DNA of 63,835 nucleotides, filler included, from Sphacelaria rigidula (taxonomy: Eukaryota): the NCBI GenBank assembly GCA_964200075.2. It is 7 parts of 7 records of this genome, joined end to end, with 100 filler letters (N's around TTAATTAATTAA, not from the genome) between each part and the next. Parts side by side here need not be neighbours in the genome. Positions count along the whole stretch, not along the records: positions 54,804 to 63,835 come from CAXNAA020009463.1; 6 more parts are not named here. One strand, written 5' to 3'. Both the position numbers and the translations under genes were made by a program. The stretch's first letter is position 1, and each line of letters begins with the position of its first letter. Positions 62,144 through 63,835 of this stretch are shown here, in pieces. The notes beneath the pieces were generated by a model. The model saw only the letters and a program-made list of their open reading frames with translations. It did no database searches and was not told the DNA's origin.

Positions 62144-62145
<2 letters not shown>

Positions 62146-62212
<67 letters not shown>
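62146..62212. repeat. (TG)n(CG)n microsatellite
   Basis: Direct reading of the sequence. Confidence 0.92.
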
Positions 62213-63835
62213 CCTCTGTCTGTGTCTCTGTCTGTCTGCCTGCCTGTGGTCCTTGAGATACTTCTCTTTGTGTTGGAAACATGAAGCAGACGAGAGAGCT
62301 GTTCGCATAAATCGCGTAGCCAATTTTGCGGCAGGAGATTCCCCGATGGGTTGAAGGTTCTTTCACGAGCTTCGTACTCTGCTCGTTTTGATACGTTGTT
62401 TTCACCGTATTTGTCATGCGGTACCTTGCGTGAGAGAAATGCTGATGGTGTGGGTTGCTCGCTGGGGGGAGGACGATCATGCTTCACTCACTTCGTATGG
62501 CGGATATGTGTTTTTGCTGTTCATTGGTGCACTACCGTGTTCATCAAGACTGTCTTTGCCCTCGCGGTTTGTTTTTTTAGGATCTGGGAGGGGGGCGCAC
62601 TAATTTGTCTTTTGCCATAGTCGTGTGATCATTGCCCACGCATCCCCTTCGAGACGGAGCAGAGGGGACCGGGGGAACCAGCTGAGCGGGGACATTTTAG
62701 CCGTAGCAAGAACATAAATTACTCGGCGGGCATGTAGGGGATGGGCGGGGTTGGCAGCGTAGCAGTATTTATAGCCATCTCAACCGTGATCATCATGGAC
62801 GGAGTCATGGAAGTACCTTGTCTCTCGGGTGCACTGTTGGAACATGGCTTCGTGTAGCAGCGGTAGCAGCGGTAGTAGTTGTGGAGTAGTGAAGTAACAA
62901 AGAATGCGATTGCTCGTCACCGTTGGCGGACGATAACAATGGATTGGTTTTGCTTCATGTCCTTGATGAGTCACCGTGCAACGTTCTTCCCCCCCGCCCC
63001 CACCCCTCTGCGGGTGAAGTGGGATGCCGTACACGCACACCTGCCACTGTCTACAAGGGTTGTGCGACAGAGAGAGGTGAGCCGCAAAGTGCCCAAACGC
63101 TCTTGTCTTTGGATGCTTTTTCGGTATAGCGTTACTTTGTTTGCATGGGGTAGCACAAGCACCCCGTCAAGTATCGGTCTACGTCATCCCCGGGGCGGGG
63201 GCTAGTAGCATTTTTTGTGGAGCTGTTGATGATTGAGGTACACTTCATCACGAGAGATACGGGTCATGAAGCACGAAAATGACCCCGTGTGGACTCAAGG
63301 GTGAGTCACGCCCCCGAGTTCGGTGTTGAAAGACAGCCACAACCCATTGCGTAGCTTGATCGGCAGCTGGAAGGTGGTGGTAGTACACAGATGACATACA
63401 CGAGAAAAATGGTCGCGATAGTGTACGTACGTGTTTTCGCAATTCTCATCTTGGTCCCCGAAAGCCTTTTCAAAACCCTCACGGCCTCCGGAAAAAAATC
63501 CAAAATCCAAGTATTTTACACGTATGATACACACGGGAAAATTACCCATACATGTTGTATAATTGTCGGTAATCTTTACGCGAGTTCGTCGTCGTTTCAG
63601 CACGGTTGGAGCAGTGTTTATTTGAATGTAGGACATTCAGATCCAGATGGATCTACAAAGGGCAGAGTCCCGAGGGCTCTCATCGTGCGCAGCGCACGTC
63701 ACGTCAAAATTGATCCCTTCGTTGCCGATGTGAGCGAACACAACGCACACTACCGTATGCTAGGACATGTGACGGTTTAAGAGACAACCAACTAGACTAC
63801 TGACAAGTCAGCGCTGACTGGTCAGTATTCTAGTT

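Noticed and set aside
61457..62487. Long overlapping ORFs with CVCV/THTH runs
   Set aside because: Products of the (TG)n microsatellite and chance open frames.

Overview
Eukaryotic, intron-rich and repeat-rich genomic DNA, most likely from a brown alga (Phaeophyceae, Ectocarpus-like; this is an inference from gene structure and repeat style, not a database result). The window is NOT one locus. It is seven contigs of about 9.03 kb in descending length order (9037, 9035, 9033, 9033, 9033, 9032, 9032 bp), joined by artificial 100-bp N44-TTAATTAATTAA-N44 linkers, so adjacency across gaps means nothing. Host genes: a nearly complete DIS3/RRP44 exosome nuclease (17 phase-consistent exons, two GC-AG introns); the 3' exons of a convergent unknown gene; the first exon of an RsmI-type 16S rRNA methyltransferase, head-to-head with an intronless F-box-like/GCPW-ankyrin gene; two exons of a GT11/fucosyltransferase-like protein; and the last exon of a PH-domain-like protein. 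Mobile DNA: a decayed Ty1/copia element bracketed by ~1.1-kb INVERTED copies of its own 3' end, further copia gag and RT remnants, a LINE endonuclease fragment, a poly(C)-flanked LINE-3'-derived repeat family, tRNA-derived SINEs (two of them converging on a foldback element), many MITE/foldback palindromes (some carrying TTAGGG repeats, some piggyBac-like) and a 63-bp satellite with a 251-bp higher-order duplication. No CRISPR array, rRNA or convincing intact tRNA was found. The most unusual structures are transposon architectures rather than a new gene system.
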